Shown here: one piece after another, positions 50,401-62,169 of the stretch | How the letters are laid out: each line of letters opens with the position of its first letter | Position numbering within the stretch: position 1 is the stretch's first letter | From: Octopus sinensis | Taxonomy: Eukaryota | Assembly: GCF_006345805.1 (NCBI RefSeq) | Contig: NC_042997.1 | Coordinates: 113,584,001 to 113,648,000 of the forward strand | DNA length: 64,000 bases | Reading direction: 5' to 3' | Program-made: the position numbers and the translations under genes | The notes under the pieces: generated by a model | Seen by the model: only the letters and a program-made list of their open reading frames with translations | The model's database searches: none | What the model was told of the DNA's origin: nothing

Positions 50401-51300
50401 GCGTGCAAGAGAGACGGCTGCGCTGGTATGGTCATGTGACAAGAAAGGCTGAAGATAGTTGTGTGCAAAAGTGCTACACCCTAGCAGTGGAGGGAACCTG
50501 TGGAAGAGGTAGACCCAGGAAAACCTGGGACGAGGTGGTGAAGCACGACCTTCGAACTTTAGGTCTCACTAAGGAAATGTCTAGAGACCGAGACCTATGG
50601 AAGTATGCTGTGCATGAGAAGACCCGGCAAGACTAGTCAGGCCATAACCCGTGGCCCCGACCTGGGACGTAGTCAGTCCTGTGCATACCTTCCTTCTTGT
50701 GACACTTATGAAGACCTGTTGAGGCAAGTGAAAATCAAATCAAATCAAAACAAATCAAAATAGATGAACATCAGTGGAATTGTATTCTTTGTGGTACCAG
50801 TGCCGGTGGCACACAAGAAAACCACCCAACGTGGCCGTAACCAGTACCGCATCGACTGGCCTCCGTGCTGTGGGCACAACAAACACCATCCGATCGTGGC
50901 CGTTCGCCAGCCTCATCTGGCACATAAAGACACCATCCGAAGACCCGGCGACGTAGTCAGTCCACCTGTGCATACCTTCCCTCTTATGACACTTGTGAAG
51001 ACCTGTTGAGGCAAGTGTGTGACACTTGTGAAGACCTGTTGAGGCAAGTGAAAATCAAAAATCAAAAATCAAAAATCAAACCAAATCAAAATAGATGAAT
51101 ATCAATGGAATTTGTATCTTTGTGGTTCCAGTACCGGTGGCACACAAGAAAACCATCCGAAGTGGCCGTAGCTGGTACCGCATCGACTGGCCTCCGTGCT
51201 GTGGGCACAACAAACACCATCTGATCGTGGCCGTTCGCCAGCCTCACCTGGCACCTGTGTCGGTGGCACATAAAAACACCATCCAAAGACCCGGCGACGT
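47495..51300. mobile_element. Young RTE-clade LINE insertion, rearranged: minus-strand 3'UTR and tail on the left, plus-strand ORF and partial 3'UTR on the right
   Basis: (CAT)n tail at 47495-47517; rearranged 3'UTR modules to about 48946; RT ORF 48947-50636; mirror-image 3'UTR modules 50660-51300; (TA)n on both outer flanks. Confidence 0.85.
48947..50636 (+). pseudogene. 5'-truncated RTE reverse transcriptase ORF with one frameshift at about 49184
   Basis: KAPGPSG, then after the frameshift GKGDAL..NYRGIKLL, QFGF, AFVDLEKAFD, GVHQGSVLSPLLF, LYADD, FRYLG, RLRWYGH, GRGRPRKTW; open from 49185 to the TAG at 50634-50636; endonuclease domain absent. Confidence 0.95.
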
Positions 51301-51301
51301 A

Positions 51302-51334
<33 letters not shown>

Positions 51335-51354
51335 CATATATATAATTACATATA

Positions 51355-51939
51355 CAGGGTGTTCAAAAAGTAGCTCCGCAGTGAATTTTTTTCATCCTGT
51401 GCATGTGCAACTTGGCTCTCACTGCATGAGTGGCTGGTGTCAACCATTGTCCCTCAGTCATTGTGTACCTTTCAGCGTGTCGACATGCTAACCATTGAAG
51501 AACGTACGTTTTTAGTTGAATGGGTGTTTCGAGCTGGAAACAAACACACAGATACTGTGAAACAGAAGTTCAGTGAAACTTTTCCAAATACTGTTGTTCT
51601 ACATCGTGACACTGTTTGGGGGATTTGATAAGAAAATTTAGAAACACAGGCTCAGTCGAAGATGCAGCAAGAAGTGGTAGGCCTACAGTTCTTTCAGACG
51701 AAACACTCTCCAATATTTCTGACAAACTGTTGGCAAGCCCGTCAAAGTCCTTACGCAAATTGTCACAGGAAACGTGTGTAGAAGAGTCAACTTATGTATT
51801 GAAAATGAAGGACAACACTTTCAACACCTTTTATAAAGTTTTGTAAAGTCTAATATATTCTTTTGTAGTCTTATACCATCTTATAAATATTTACTTTGCA
51901 GTAAAACACTTACTGCAGAGAGACTTTTTGAACACCCTG
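51355..51939 (+). mobile_element. Internally deleted Tc1/mariner element with N-terminal HTH transposase remnant
   Basis: ~28-bp TIRs CAGGGTGTTCAAAAAGT..CGCAGT / ACTGCAG..ACTTTTTGAACACCCTG; TA on the left; peptide MLTIEERTFLVEWVFR...LIRKFRNTGSVEDAARSGRP...SPSKSLRKLSQE typical of Tc1/mariner N-termini. Confidence 0.85.
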
Positions 51940-52155
51940 TCTATGCTTAGTTGTACTAGCAGATACATGTGTTTATGCTATAATAGTTTCTATTGTGTAA
52001 CTAGACGTAGAGGCCAACATTTGTGTATGTCAGAGAAGAGGTGGGGGCGAAAGAAGAGAAATAAACGAGGATGGGGGAGAGAGAGAGAGAAAGATGTAAT
52101 TAAAAGATATGGAAATGAATGGTGTTTTCTGTATATATTGTAAACATGTATTATA

Positions 52156-53422
52156 TCAAGTTGAATAGAAAGTAAGCAACGTTTTGAACCATGAAGAATT
52201 TGTACTGGATTTTGGCAGAGTTTTGAATTGTTTTTAAACTTGTTTTTGCATTTGTCTGATAATACAGACATAGACTTGCCCAAATGCATCAATAAATCAA
52301 CATTGATATTTTTTTCACCATTGTTACAAACATCTGAAATGGAACTGTCAAACTGCGATATTCAAACAATGTTGTTATTCAATTTCAAAAACGGACATAA
52401 AGCAGCTGAAACTGCTCGTGGTATCAACGAAACGTTTGGTGAGGAAATGACCAATGAGTGGTCAGCTCGAAAATGGTTTAAATGATTTTGCAGTGGAGAC
52501 CCGAGCCTTGAAGATCGTGAGCGCAGTGGACACCCATCTGCCTTCGATGATGGTCAATTAAAGATCATCATTGAGAAACCTCCATGTAAAACCACTCGAG
52601 AACTGGCAAAAGAACTGTAAGTTAGCCAGAAAACTGCTTGCAACCATTTGCATGCGATTGGAAAATAAAAAAGCTCGACAAATGGGTACCACACGATTTG
52701 AATGAAAATCAGAAAATGCACAGATATGAAATTTGCTCGTTGCTTCTTCTCTGTAACCAGACTGATCCATTTCTCAACCGTATTGTAACTTGCAATAAAA
52801 GGTGGATTTTATACAATAAAAAAAAAATGTTCTTCGCAGTGGTTGGACCAAAATGAAGCACCTAATCCCAAGCTCTTCAAAAAGAAGGTTATGGTGACTG
52901 TTTGGTGGTATACTGCTGGACTCATCCACTATAACTTCTTAAAACCTGGAAAAACCATTACTGCAAAAACATATTGCCATGAAATTGCCAAAATGAACGA
53001 AAAACTGCTTCTCCTCCATTCCACACTGGTCAACAGAAGAGGGCCAATTGTTCTTCATGACAATACCTGACCACATGTTTCACTAATGACGCTCCAGAAG
53101 TTGAGGGAACTTGGTTTATTCCCCAAGACCTTTCTCCTACTGACTGCCACTTTTTCAAGCACGTTGATGATTTCCTGCGAGAGAGAGAGAGAGAGAGAGA
53201 AGAGTTCAAAAATCAAACCAATGCTGAAAGTGTGTTCAAAGAGTTCATCAGCCCTAGAACTCCAGATTTTTATGTTACCAAGATAAACAAACTTGTAACT
53301 CATTGGCAAAAATGCATTGATTGTAATGGTCCTTACTTTGATGAATAAAATTTCCACATTGTTGAAATATATTATGATGAATTTCATGTTTCGAAAGGTT
53401 ACTTACTTGTTACTCAGCCTGA
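52156..53422 (+). mobile_element. Full-length inactive mariner (DD34D-type) transposon
   Basis: Imperfect TIRs with TA flanks; transposase pseudogene 52339-53348 with AAETARGINETFG, WVPHDL, IVTCNKRW (first catalytic D changed to N), KKVMVTVWW, LHDN, DLSPTD and WQKCIDCNGPYFDE*; stops, frameshifts and an internal (GA)n. Confidence 0.92.
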
Positions 53423-53451
53423 TATCATACATTTACAAATATATTGTATGT

Positions 53452-53667
53452 ATATGGCGGCAAGTTGGCAGAAACATTAGCATGCTGGGCGAAATGCTTA
53501 GCGGTATTTCGTCTGCTGTTACATTCTGAGTTCAAATTCCGCTGAGGTCGACTTTGTCTTTCATCTTTTTGGGGTTGATAAATTAAGTACCAGTTGTGTA
53601 CTGGGGTTGATCTAATTGACTGGCCCTCTCCCCCAAAATTTCGGGCCTTGTGCATAGAATAGAAAAG
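53452..53667 (+). mobile_element. SINE (family A head, variant tail)
   Basis: 14-bp TSD AATATATTGTATGT at 53438-53451 and 53668-53681. Confidence 0.85.
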
Positions 53668-54895
53668 AATATATTGTATGTTTAAATGGAAACTGCCTCC
53701 ATAGACCATGCCTCAATGAACACACACATACATTCATGCATTCAGATCAAAGGATGCACAGACAACCTCCCCACACACACACACACACACAACCACACCT
53801 GCATGCATACACACAGACACATATATACAACATATGTTGGTCTCAAATCAACAAGAGGGCCTCTACACAGTTACTAGATCTGCTAAAAATAGCAAGAGAC
53901 AAATTTAAATCTGGTTGCGTTTACCTTCTTTCAAAATGCACAAGTAAGATAGGGTGCTGGTGTAGCTGTGTGGTAAGAAATTTGCTTCCCAACCACGTGG
54001 TTCCAGGTTCAATTCTACTGCTTGACACTTTGGGTGAGTGTCTTCTGCTATAGACCCAGCTTGTGAGTGGATTTGGTTGACAGAAACTGAAAGATGCCTG
54101 CCATATGTGTGTGTTGGTGTTGGTGTGTTTCCATCCCCGTAACTTAGTGGTTCTGCAAAAGAGACCAATAAGTATTGGGGTCAATTCATTTGATCCAAAT
54201 ACAAAAAAAATTATACAAGCTGGTCATGGCTGGAGTGTCTTTGCTAATAGTTTTTTTTGATCAGGTTGCCTAATATCTCTCTTATCTTTTTACTTGTTTC
54301 AATCATTGGACTGTGGCCAAGCTGGGGCACCACCTCGAAGAGTTTAGTCGAATAAATCTTGTCTTTGTAAGGCTAGTGCTTATTCTATCAGTCTCTTTAG
54401 CCAAACCACTAAGTTACAGGAATGTAAACAAACCATCTCTAGTTGTCAAAAAGTGATGATGGGGACAAACACAAAGACACGCACACACACTCTGAGTGGG
54501 TTTCCACACAGTTTTCATCTACCAGATTCACTCACAAGGCACTGCTCAGCCCAGGGTTATAATAGAAGACACTTGCCCTCAAAATGCTGTGCAGTGGAAC
54601 TGAATCCAAAGCCATGAGTTTGCGAAGTGAGCTTCTGGACCACACAGCCTTGATTCAAAGAAATTTTTATCATCATTTTATTTTACCATACTGATGTGGG
54701 TTAGATAAGACTTTTGAGGATATTATCCTGTGTGGTAAGTAGCTTGCTTATGAACCACATGGTTCCGGCTTCAGTCCCATTGCGTGGCACCTTGGGCAAG
54801 TGCCTTCTACTATAGCTTCAGGCCGACCAAAGCCTTGTGAGTGAATTTGGTAGACGGAAACTGAAAGAAGCCATCATATATATGTATATGTGTAC

Positions 54896-54933
<38 letters not shown>

Positions 54934-55243
54934 TTGTTCCCCCAACATCGCTTGACAACCGATGCTGGTGTGTTTACATCCCCGTAACTTAGCGGTTTGG
55001 CAAAAGAAACCGATAGAATAAGTACTAGGCTTACAAAGAATAAGTCCTGGGGTCGATTTGCTCGACTAAAGGCGGTGCTCCAGCATGGCTGCAGTCAAAT
55101 GACTGAAACAAGTAAAAGAATAAAGTACACACATTGAATAGATCCAAGGAAGCTTTAGGATGTTGCACAAGCTCTCTGCTCTGAGTGAACTGCTTGTTGT
55201 AGCTGAAACAGTCGTAAGCTAATGAATGTGATTATATTATTCC

Positions 55244-55336
55244 TGGAGTAAAGATTATTTGCTAACATAACATGGCAGTCCTGGTTTAGGACGAATGTTG
55301 CTGTAATTTAACCCTAGGCAAATAATCTTTACTCCA
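55244..55336. repeat. 93-bp hairpin with perfect 19-bp terminal inverted repeats
   Basis: TGGAGTAAAGATTATTTGC / GCAAATAATCTTTACTCCA; inner GTCCT/AGGAC stem. Confidence 0.85.
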
Positions 55337-56052
55337 AAGTACTGTTACTGAATATCTCTCATTGTGAGATTTACAAATAGTAATTTTCTATATAATTCCT
55401 GCTCACTTGTTATTTATTAATTAATGTCTGTGTAAGGTGGGCCTTCATCCTTACAGTTTCTGTGTATGAATTTTGCCCACAAGGCATTGGTTAGTCGAAG
55501 GCCAAAGTAGAAGATACTTGTTCAAGTTGTTATACAATGGGATCAACCTTAAACCAAGTGGTTACAAAATTAATTTTTCGTACATCTCAGACATTCCTGC
55601 ACCACATTTTAGCACCCGAAAATATTTTCATATTTAAATGAATAATTGAAGTGGCTGAAACCAATAAAACACAGGTTCATTAATTGCTTCATATGCACAT
55701 ATTTCTTCTATCAAGTTCCATGTTTAGTCTAACCAACCATTTTATTACTCTCTCTCTCTCTTTCTCTTTCTCTCTGGAATGGTGTTTATCTGTTCTATCA
55801 ACTCCAGAAACTTTGATCCAAAAACCGTAGATAAAAACCATGTCTTAATATTCTGAAATTTATCTTAATCTGTAGGTTAGCTTTTGCTGGTATGTGTGCA
55901 CATGTATATGTGTGTATGAATCTGTGTGTGTGTATTTATATATACATACTTATATGTGTGTGTGTATTTGTATATTTACTTAGTCATATATTTAGTACTT
56001 TTTTAAAATTTTATTTTTGTTCTTCTACTCATTCTTTTAGTCTGGTATTTAA

Positions 56053-56277
56053 CCCTTTCACATTCAAATTATTTTGTCAAAAGTATTGCTTATTTATTCA
56101 CATTGTTTTGAATTAATCATACTTTAATCTCATGGCTTCAAGGTTTCAATGGTGAGATTGTATACTTTTAGAATAGCATTCTAGGGTAGGTGAAAAAAAA
56201 AGGCAAGGTCTGGACAGTTTGAACATAAAACGAGGAGAATCTTTGGGCCTGGTGTGGCCAGTTTAAATGCTAAAGGG
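56053..56277. mobile_element. Second family of TTAA-flanked piggyBac-like MITE
   Basis: TTAA|CCCTTTCACATT ... AATGCTAAAGGG|TTAA; related degenerate copies near 17700-17890 and 18230-18424. Confidence 0.8.
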
Positions 56278-56805
56278 TTAAACTCATAACAATTTTTCTC
56301 ATTAACACTGCATTCCTGATGATTTGGATTTTTAAATTTAACTGAATTTATATTACCTATCACAATTATGTAATACATTTGATATCATTTATCTTAATGA
56401 AACAGCTGTTGGACACCATTAAAGTATGAACTATATGTGAAATTTATGCTTTTATGCTAAATATTTTGCATTTTGATTAATTTACCTTAATTTTACCCTA
56501 GTTTTTGCACATTGCTTTAGTTTTCTCTTTATATTTATATCTTTGCTGAATTTGTAAATAAGGCATCTGTCACTTGAAAACAGTGTTTAGGTTATGTATA
56601 CTTATTCAAGATATGATTCGTAGATTTTTTTTTTAGTTTACAGCTATGGCTATGAAGTTAATAAGCTTGCTTTCAACCACGTGGTTTCAGATTCAGGCTC
56701 ATTGCATGCATCTTCTACAATGGTTCTGGATTGATCGAAGCCTTGTGAATGAATTTGTAGACAATAGTTAAAAGAAGCTCATTGGTATGACCATGTGTAT
56801 ATATA

Positions 56806-56858
<53 letters not shown>

Positions 56859-57221
56859 ATATATATATATACACACACACACATATATATATGTGTAAAA
56901 AGATGGTAGCACGTGTAAAAAGATTCGAGTGAGGTCATTGCCAGTACCACCTAACTGGCCCCGTGCTGGTGGCACATAAAAAACATCCACTACACTCAGA
57001 GTGGTTGGCGTTAGGAAGGGCATCCAGCAGTAGAAACTCTGCCACATCAAGATTGGAACCTGGTGCGGCCATCTGGTTTGCCAGCCCTCAGTCAAAATCG
57101 TCCAACCCATGCTAGCATGGAAAGCAGACGTTAAACAATGATGATGATGTATATAAGCCTTATCTTCAGATTCGAGGTTAGTTGTAAATGAGAGCTATCA
57201 TACAAACTGCATAGTATAGTC

Positions 57222-57300
57222 CAGCGGTTCCCAACCCTTTTATTTATATGAGTTTTCCCACAGACCCCTTTTAATATACTTATTCTTTTGTATGTGTGTG

Positions 57301-57348
<48 letters not shown>

Positions 57349-57706
57349 TAAATAGTTACCAGGGTAGCAATTCATTTATCGCACTACATCTCTCCACTCT
57401 TAGTTTTCTGATATTCTCTTTCTTTCTCCTCTTTCTCTAAATTGCATTTGACGTTTAATCTATTAACGGTATTTTTAAAAAATAACTTGCCAGCATTCCT
57501 TTCATCATATACGCAGTCATCATATTCAGTTAAAATGGTTTATTGATGTGTGTTGTTTCTTTTTTTTTTCCCTGATAAGAAGATTGCATTGTTTTACATC
57601 ATTTTATTCCCTCTAGAATAATACCAATGTTTTCTTCGAAACATATGTCAGAAGTATAAAGTTTTGAATAACACCTGTGTTTAACTCTATTTCTTTATTT
57701 ATCCAT

Positions 57707-57740
<34 letters not shown>

Positions 57741-58093
57741 GAGGTGCGTGGCTTAGTGGTTAGGGTGTCAGCATCATGATCGTAAGATTGTGGTTTCGAT
57801 TCCTGGACTGGACGACGTGTTGTGTTCTTGAGCAAAACACTTCATTTCATGTTGCTCTCATCCACTCAGCTGGCAAAAATGAGTAACGCTGCGATGGACT
57901 GGTGTCCCATCCAGTTGGGGAACACATACGCCATAGAAACCTGGAAACCGGGCCCATGAGCCTGGCTAGGCTTTTAAAGAGGTGCATTTATTTATTATTA
58001 TATATGTATGAAATTTTGAATTTAGTTCGCAGACCCCCAGTACTACCTTTGTGGACCACCAGGGGTCTGTGGAACCCAGATTGGGAACCACTT
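57222..58093. mobile_element. Non-autonomous hAT-like element with a nested SINE
   Basis: CAGCGGTTCCCAA / TTGGGAACCACT termini; 8-bp TSD GTATAGTC / GTATAGTA (7 of 8 match). Confidence 0.75.
57740..57990 (+). mobile_element. tRNA-head SINE (family D)
   Basis: GGAGGTGCGTGGCTTAGTGGTTAG (A box) ... GGTTTCGATTCC (B box); related heads at about 1172 and 25135. Confidence 0.8.
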
Positions 58094-58337
58094 GTATAGT
58101 AAGACAACGGGGTAACGCTGTTGGTAGGAGAGGTTAGCCAGGTAAAGGACAAAGGTGGGCACCGTTAATTGCAAAGTTAACTTTGTTAACTGTTAATCCA
58201 TTAGCCAAAAAGTTAACTTCGATAACTGTTAATCAGTTGATTTTTTAAAATGTAACGGAAGTTATCGATAAACCATTAATGTTAATTTTTATTATAGAAA
58301 AAAAACAACAAAAATAGCAGTTTTTACTCTAAAACCA

Positions 58338-58466
58338 CCTAAAAACATACAGTTCTATATTTAAGAGATGAGGAATTATGTGAATTATTTACATTTGATG
58401 GATATTTGTCCACATCTTGTCTGTTGTTAAAATGTTTCGGCTGATGTATCCTCCAGCCTTCATCAC
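58338..58466 (-). mobile_element. Truncated third copy of the 18.6/20.0-kb hammerhead-bearing repeat
   Basis: Minus strand UGAUGA-A-GGCUG..CAGCC-GAAAC-AUU; C3 and stem I are lost. Confidence 0.7.
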
Positions 58467-59384
58467 TTTAAAAAGTACCAAAACTGTAAAATTCGTTAAC
58501 TTCAATTGAACTGAAGATAACTTAAATTGACTTGAGTTAACGGAACTTAAATGTAACTGAAGTAAATTAGTCCAATAATGATTTCCAAAGTTAACTTAGA
58601 AGTTAAATCATCACGAAAATGTTAACTTCATTAGTTAATGATTAATGGATTAATGGTTTGGTGCGCAGGTTTGGTAAAGGAGGGGTATGAAATACTGTGA
58701 CTGAACAAATGAAATGAAGTTAAAAGCAATTCAGAACAAGACAAGAAAAGCTGGAAAGGGTTTTTTTTTGTTGTTTTTTAAAATCTCAAAAATCGCTTGA
58801 AGAGAAAATTGCTTAAAGAAAGAATTTGTTAAAGAAAAAATTTGTTTCTTGTTAAAGCTTAGAATACCATAAGAATTGTGCTTGAGATACCCCAGCACAC
58901 CATACAAGTTGTGTCCTTCGTTTATGATCTGCTAAGATAAACATGGCCATGGGTAAATATTACCTTACTTGGAAACAGAAAGTAGGTGAGGTTGGTGACA
59001 GGAAGAGAATCTGACCTTAGAACACCTGCCTCCATAAATGCCATTCAACCCATGGAAAAGTGGACATTGAAACAGTGATGATGATAAGGAATGACCATAG
59101 TGTTTTTTATCTTTTACTTGTTTGGTCAATAGACTATGGCCATGCTGGAGCACTGCCTCGAAGGGTTTTGTTGAACAAATTTATTCCAGGTTTTTTTATT
59201 TTTATGTAAGCCTAGAACTTAATTATTATGTTACAGGGGCGTAAACAAACCAACACTGATTATCAAGCAGTGGTGCAGACAAAGACACACATACACATGC
59301 ACACACACGATGGGCTTCTTTCAGTTTCCATCTACTAAATCCACTCACAAGGCTTTGGTTAGCCCAAGGCTATAGTAGAAGACA

Positions 59385-59749
59385 GGGTTGTGGATTGTGA
59401 TTTTCTTCACTACTTCAGGGAGTGACGACCCTGCCTGACACGAGTCCTGGGCTCAGCTGGCTCCGGGTGATAGTACCCAGTGTGGGCCCCTTCAAAGAGA
59501 TCCAGAGTGGAGCCCTGTAGGTGGTTTAGTATTCGACTCGGCACTCTTCCAGCAGCTCCTGCAACCAAGCTGGTGCCAAACATAATATGCTGCACTCTTT
59601 TGGACTACGTCAGCAAGGTTGAGAGAGGAATCCTGACGATTGGGCTACCCAGGATTTTTTTTGTATCTAGTCCAGGCCTGCGCAAAACTGATTTTATGCA
59701 CAATTCCATTGTCTCCTGAAACGAAAGGATGCCAACAACAGCAACAACA
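59385..59749 (+). mobile_element. 365-bp GC-richer retroposon with (CAA)n tail inserted in a SINE
   Basis: 13-bp TSD ATAGTAGAAGACA at 59372-59384 and 59750-59762. Confidence 0.85.
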
Positions 59750-62169
59750 ATAGTAGAAGACACTTGCCTAAAGTGTCACACTATGGGATGGAACCAGGAA
59801 CCATGTGGTTGGGAAGCAAGCTTCTTACCACACAGCCAACAAATATTAATATTATTACATTGCTAAGTAATAGAAACAGTCTCCTTGAAAGTTTCAAACT
59901 CATTTAGGGACCAGGCTCCCCCTGGCCTGACTGGCACCCAGCCGCTGCCAGTGCTGCTGGACTGACTCCTGTGCAGGTACAAGTAAAGAAACACCGTTTT
60001 GACCCTGTGCTTGAGGAGCTATATTGAGTCAAGTACATCAACATCAAAAATCAATGGAAATTGTAGTTGTGATCCCTGTGCCAGTCGCACGTAAAGAGCA
60101 CCAATCCGATTGTGGACGTTGCCAGCCTTGCCTGGCATGTAAAAAGCACCCACTACACTCACTGAGTTGTTGGCGTTAGGAAGGGCATCCAGCTGTAGAA
60201 ACACTGCCAGATCAGACTGGAGCCTCGCGCAGCCTCCTGGCTTCCCAGACCCCAGTCAAACCGTCCAACCCACGCTAGCATGGAAAACGGACGTTAAACG
60301 ATGATGATGATGATGAATACACACAACACAAGATTATGAAGGAGTTTTTTTTCTCCCCCCTCCCCGGGTTTTCTTCTTTTTCTAATTGTCATTGTGTATA
60401 AGTTTGTGTCTCAAATATCTCCAACTGTAATAAAATATCAAAACCTTTCTTGTACATCAGCCACACCAGGTTTTATTATATTTTGTTTCTTTCTTATGAC
60501 TACTTTATTCCCTCTTAACTAATGGTTGTTCAAGAATGCTTTTTTTTCTTCTTGCTCATCCTCATCCTTTTTTCTTCTTCTTTGTCTTCTTTTTCATTCT
60601 CTTTCCCCTTCTTTTTTCTTCTATAAGTTATAGCTATTTGCCTGTTAAATAGCTGCCTGTCTGTTTAAAGAGAGAGAGAAAAAATAGGGGAAAGAGAGAG
60701 AGAGAGAGAATGGGGGGGGAGAGATTTATGATTGCTGTATCTGTTATTGGTTATAAACATGTATTTTATGAGATACTGTTGTGTATGGAGGCCAGGTGGG
60801 GGGGGGGACCTTGAAGGAGTGGTTTGCTTTTATACTATTTTTTATTTCAGGCAATAAATGTTGGCTTCTAACTCAAGACACATTATAGGGAGAAGTATGG
60901 CTGGAAGTTAAGAAGCTGGCTTTGCAACCTTATCGTTTCAGGTTTAGTCCCATTGCTCAGCACCTTAGGCCAGTGTCTTTTACTGTGGGCCCAGATGATC
61001 CGATGCCTTGTAAGTGAAGATGGTAGTTGGCAGAGGTCTGCAAGTGTTGGGACTCATGGAGGCAATTGACTAAGGCCTTTGGCATTATGTTGAGCTTGAG
61101 AAGAAAACCCATCAAGCCAAGCAAAATCGCAGTTGTGGCAGATTTCGGTGTCACAGAAATAGCACATAAAAGCACCCACTACACTCACGGAGTTAGGAAG
61201 GGCATCCAGCTGTAGAAACCTCACCAGATCAGATTGGAGCCAGTCCTCAGTCAAACCATCCAACCCATGCCAGCATGGAAAGCAGACGTTAAACAACGAT
61301 GATGATGGTGATGATATATATGTATGTAGATAGATGCAGGTATGGCTGTGTGGTAAGAAGCTTGCTTCCCAATCACATGGTTTAAGTTCAATCCCACTGT
61401 GTGGCACCTTGTGTCTTCTGCTATAGCCCTGGGCTGACCAAAGCCTTGTGAGTGGATTTAGTAGACAGAAACTGAAATAAACTCATATATATATATATAT
61501 GTATATATATTCATGTGTGTGTGTCTTTGTCCATCCCCACCTTCCACCCCCATCATTTCACAACCAATGCTTGTGTGTTAATTTCCCCAAAACTTAGTGG
61601 CTCAGCAAAAGAGAATGATAGAATAAGCACTAAGGCTTACAAAGAATAAGTACTGGGGTTGATTTCTTTGACTACAAAAACCCTTCAAAGTGGTGCTCCA
61701 GCATGGCTGCAGTCAAATGATTGTTTGAAGTATTGTGATTATAATAGGTGCAGGAGTAGCTATGTAGTAAGTAGCTTGCTTACCAACCAAGTGGTTCTGG
61801 GTTGAGTCCCACTGCATGGCACCTTGGGCAAGCGGCTTCTACTACAGCCCAGGGCTGACCAAAGCCTTGTGAGTGGATTTGGTAGACAGAAACGGAAAGA
61901 AGCCTGTCATATATACAAATATATATGTAATATGTTTTTATGTCGGTGTTTGTTCCCCCCACCCCCACCATTACTTGACAACCAATGTTGGTGTGTTTAA
62001 ATCCCCATAACTTAACAGTTCGGCAAAAGAGACTACTAGAATCAGTACTAGGCTTACAAAAAATAATTCTTGGGTCAATTTGTTCGACTAAAGGTGATGC
62101 TCCAGCATGGCTGCAGTCAAGTAACTGAATCAAGTAAAAGAATAAGAAAAAAGTATTTAAGATTTAATT

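Noticed and set aside
57740-57810. tRNA-like sequences here and at other SINE heads
   Set aside because: A/B boxes run straight into SINE bodies; no complete cloverleaf.
59385-59490. Possible HDV-like ribozyme
   Set aside because: P3/L3-like GAG-UCCUGGG-CUC is present, but P1, P1.1 and P2 cannot be assembled in the required order and lengths.
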